A DNA stretch of 64,000 nucleotides from contig CM097885.1 in assembly GCA_044892525.1 (NCBI GenBank), positions 6,450,001-6,514,000 on the forward strand, given 5' to 3'. The DNA comes from Schmidtea polychroa. Lineage: Eukaryota. Every line of letters begins with the position of its first letter. Position 1 is the first letter of the stretch. Below are positions 63,060 through 64,000 of the stretch, piece by piece. The notes under the pieces were generated by a model. It did no database searches. It was not told the DNA's origin and saw nothing but the letters and a program-made list of their open reading frames with translations. A program made the translations under genes and the position numbers.

Positions 63060-63870
63060 TAAATCAAGTTATTTCAACGTTTAGAAAATTTTGAATCAAA
63101 ACTGTTTGAAAGAAATTCAAACAATTCAGGGATCGATCCCAGGTGTGTTGGAAAGAGTTGTGGCGATGTCTCCAGTTTCGCCACCACACTCGGTTCAAAA
63201 AATTATTTTTTCATATTTATTTTGTAAGTTAATTAAAAGAAATACTAATACACACAAAATACACAAAATATTTATTTTATAATAGTAAAACAAATTATAA
63301 AATAGTTGTTATATTAAAACAGAAACATTGAAATTTGTTTATAAAAATAGTTTTACTTGGAATTTGAACCATGTTTATTATTGATGTTTGTTAAATAGAT
63401 TCCCACTGTGCTATCTAAGCTGTTGTTTTTTACACTTTAAATTTTTATTAATTTTAAAAATATTTTTTTTGAAAAGTAGTAGGGAAATTTACCAAGAAAG
63501 TCATCTCTGTTGATGAGGTCGTAGACCGAGCTAAACAATATTCTCTCAAATGTTTTTAAGGCGAAGAAAATAAAAATAAAGGAATAAAAAATGTGTAAAA
63601 CATAAAATAAAAAATAACTCATCAAAATTATTTAGATTGCTTCAAACCATTTTCTGAAAAAAGTATGGATATTATTTATAATTTAAATTCTAAAAATCTT
63701 GATATGTTATTACAAAAATCATAAAAATCTTCTTTGGAAAACTATGATAACAAAAAATGTATTTTGTCTGATTTAACAACAACATTTCCTCATTGAAATG
63801 ATTTGGTTGAAATTATACAAGAAAAGAATGATTTGGAAATGTATAATGATTATTATCTCACTTGTTGTAG
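63060..63870 (+). mobile_element. Decayed relative of element B (inverted-repeat homolog, Pol III unit, pPolB C-terminal remnant)
   Basis: 63128-63220 resembles 44146-44240; 63343-63421 carries minus-strand A and B boxes; 63670-63830 translates to SLENYDNKKCILSDLTTT versus SLSNYDDKRFILSDLKTT. Confidence 0.78.
63343..63421 (-). ncRNA. Diverged tRNA-like Pol III unit
   Basis: Minus strand TAGCACAGTGG ... GGTTCAAATTCC ... T5; spacer unrelated to the element B copies. Confidence 0.55.
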
Positions 63871-64000
63871 ATCCCACTACATTTTATTTTTTGAACCTTG
63901 GGTTCTTTCATGTTTCACTTAATGAGATTTTGAAATATATTTATTAAAAGGTTTGCAAAAATACATTTTTATAGCGATAATATTTGCGCAGGTGCCAAAT

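Overview
Very AT-rich eukaryotic DNA with short (about 30-55 nt) GT-AG introns, most likely from an invertebrate animal; I cannot identify the taxon. The first 33 kb holds a few host genes (a spliced TRAF-family gene, a GLRX5 pseudogene head-to-head with an RPA2-like gene, a second RPA2-like copy, exons of a coiled-coil gene) among decayed hAT, piggyBac, Tc1-like, Ty3/gypsy, BEL/Pao, Penelope-like and Polinton fragments. The second half holds two protein-primed DNA polymerase (pPolB) elements. Element A (33887-40904, 7.0 kb) has about 180-bp TIRs starting AGTAGAGAG, an intact and apparently spliced pPolB and an adenain-type protease, but no integrase, capsid, ATPase or TSD. Element B (43452-58347, 14.9 kb, 6-bp TSD TACGGC) is a Polinton/Maverick (adintovirus-type) with a disrupted pPolB but open capsid, ATPase, protease, pX-like and PLA2-integrase ORFs. 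B has two unusual features: each end is a separate ~250-bp cassette with its own AGTAGT...ACTACT inverted repeats lying outside the long inverted repeats, and it carries several tRNA-derived RNA polymerase III units (A box, B box, T-run) reminiscent of adenovirus VA RNA genes. All calls are by eye from motifs; no searches were run.
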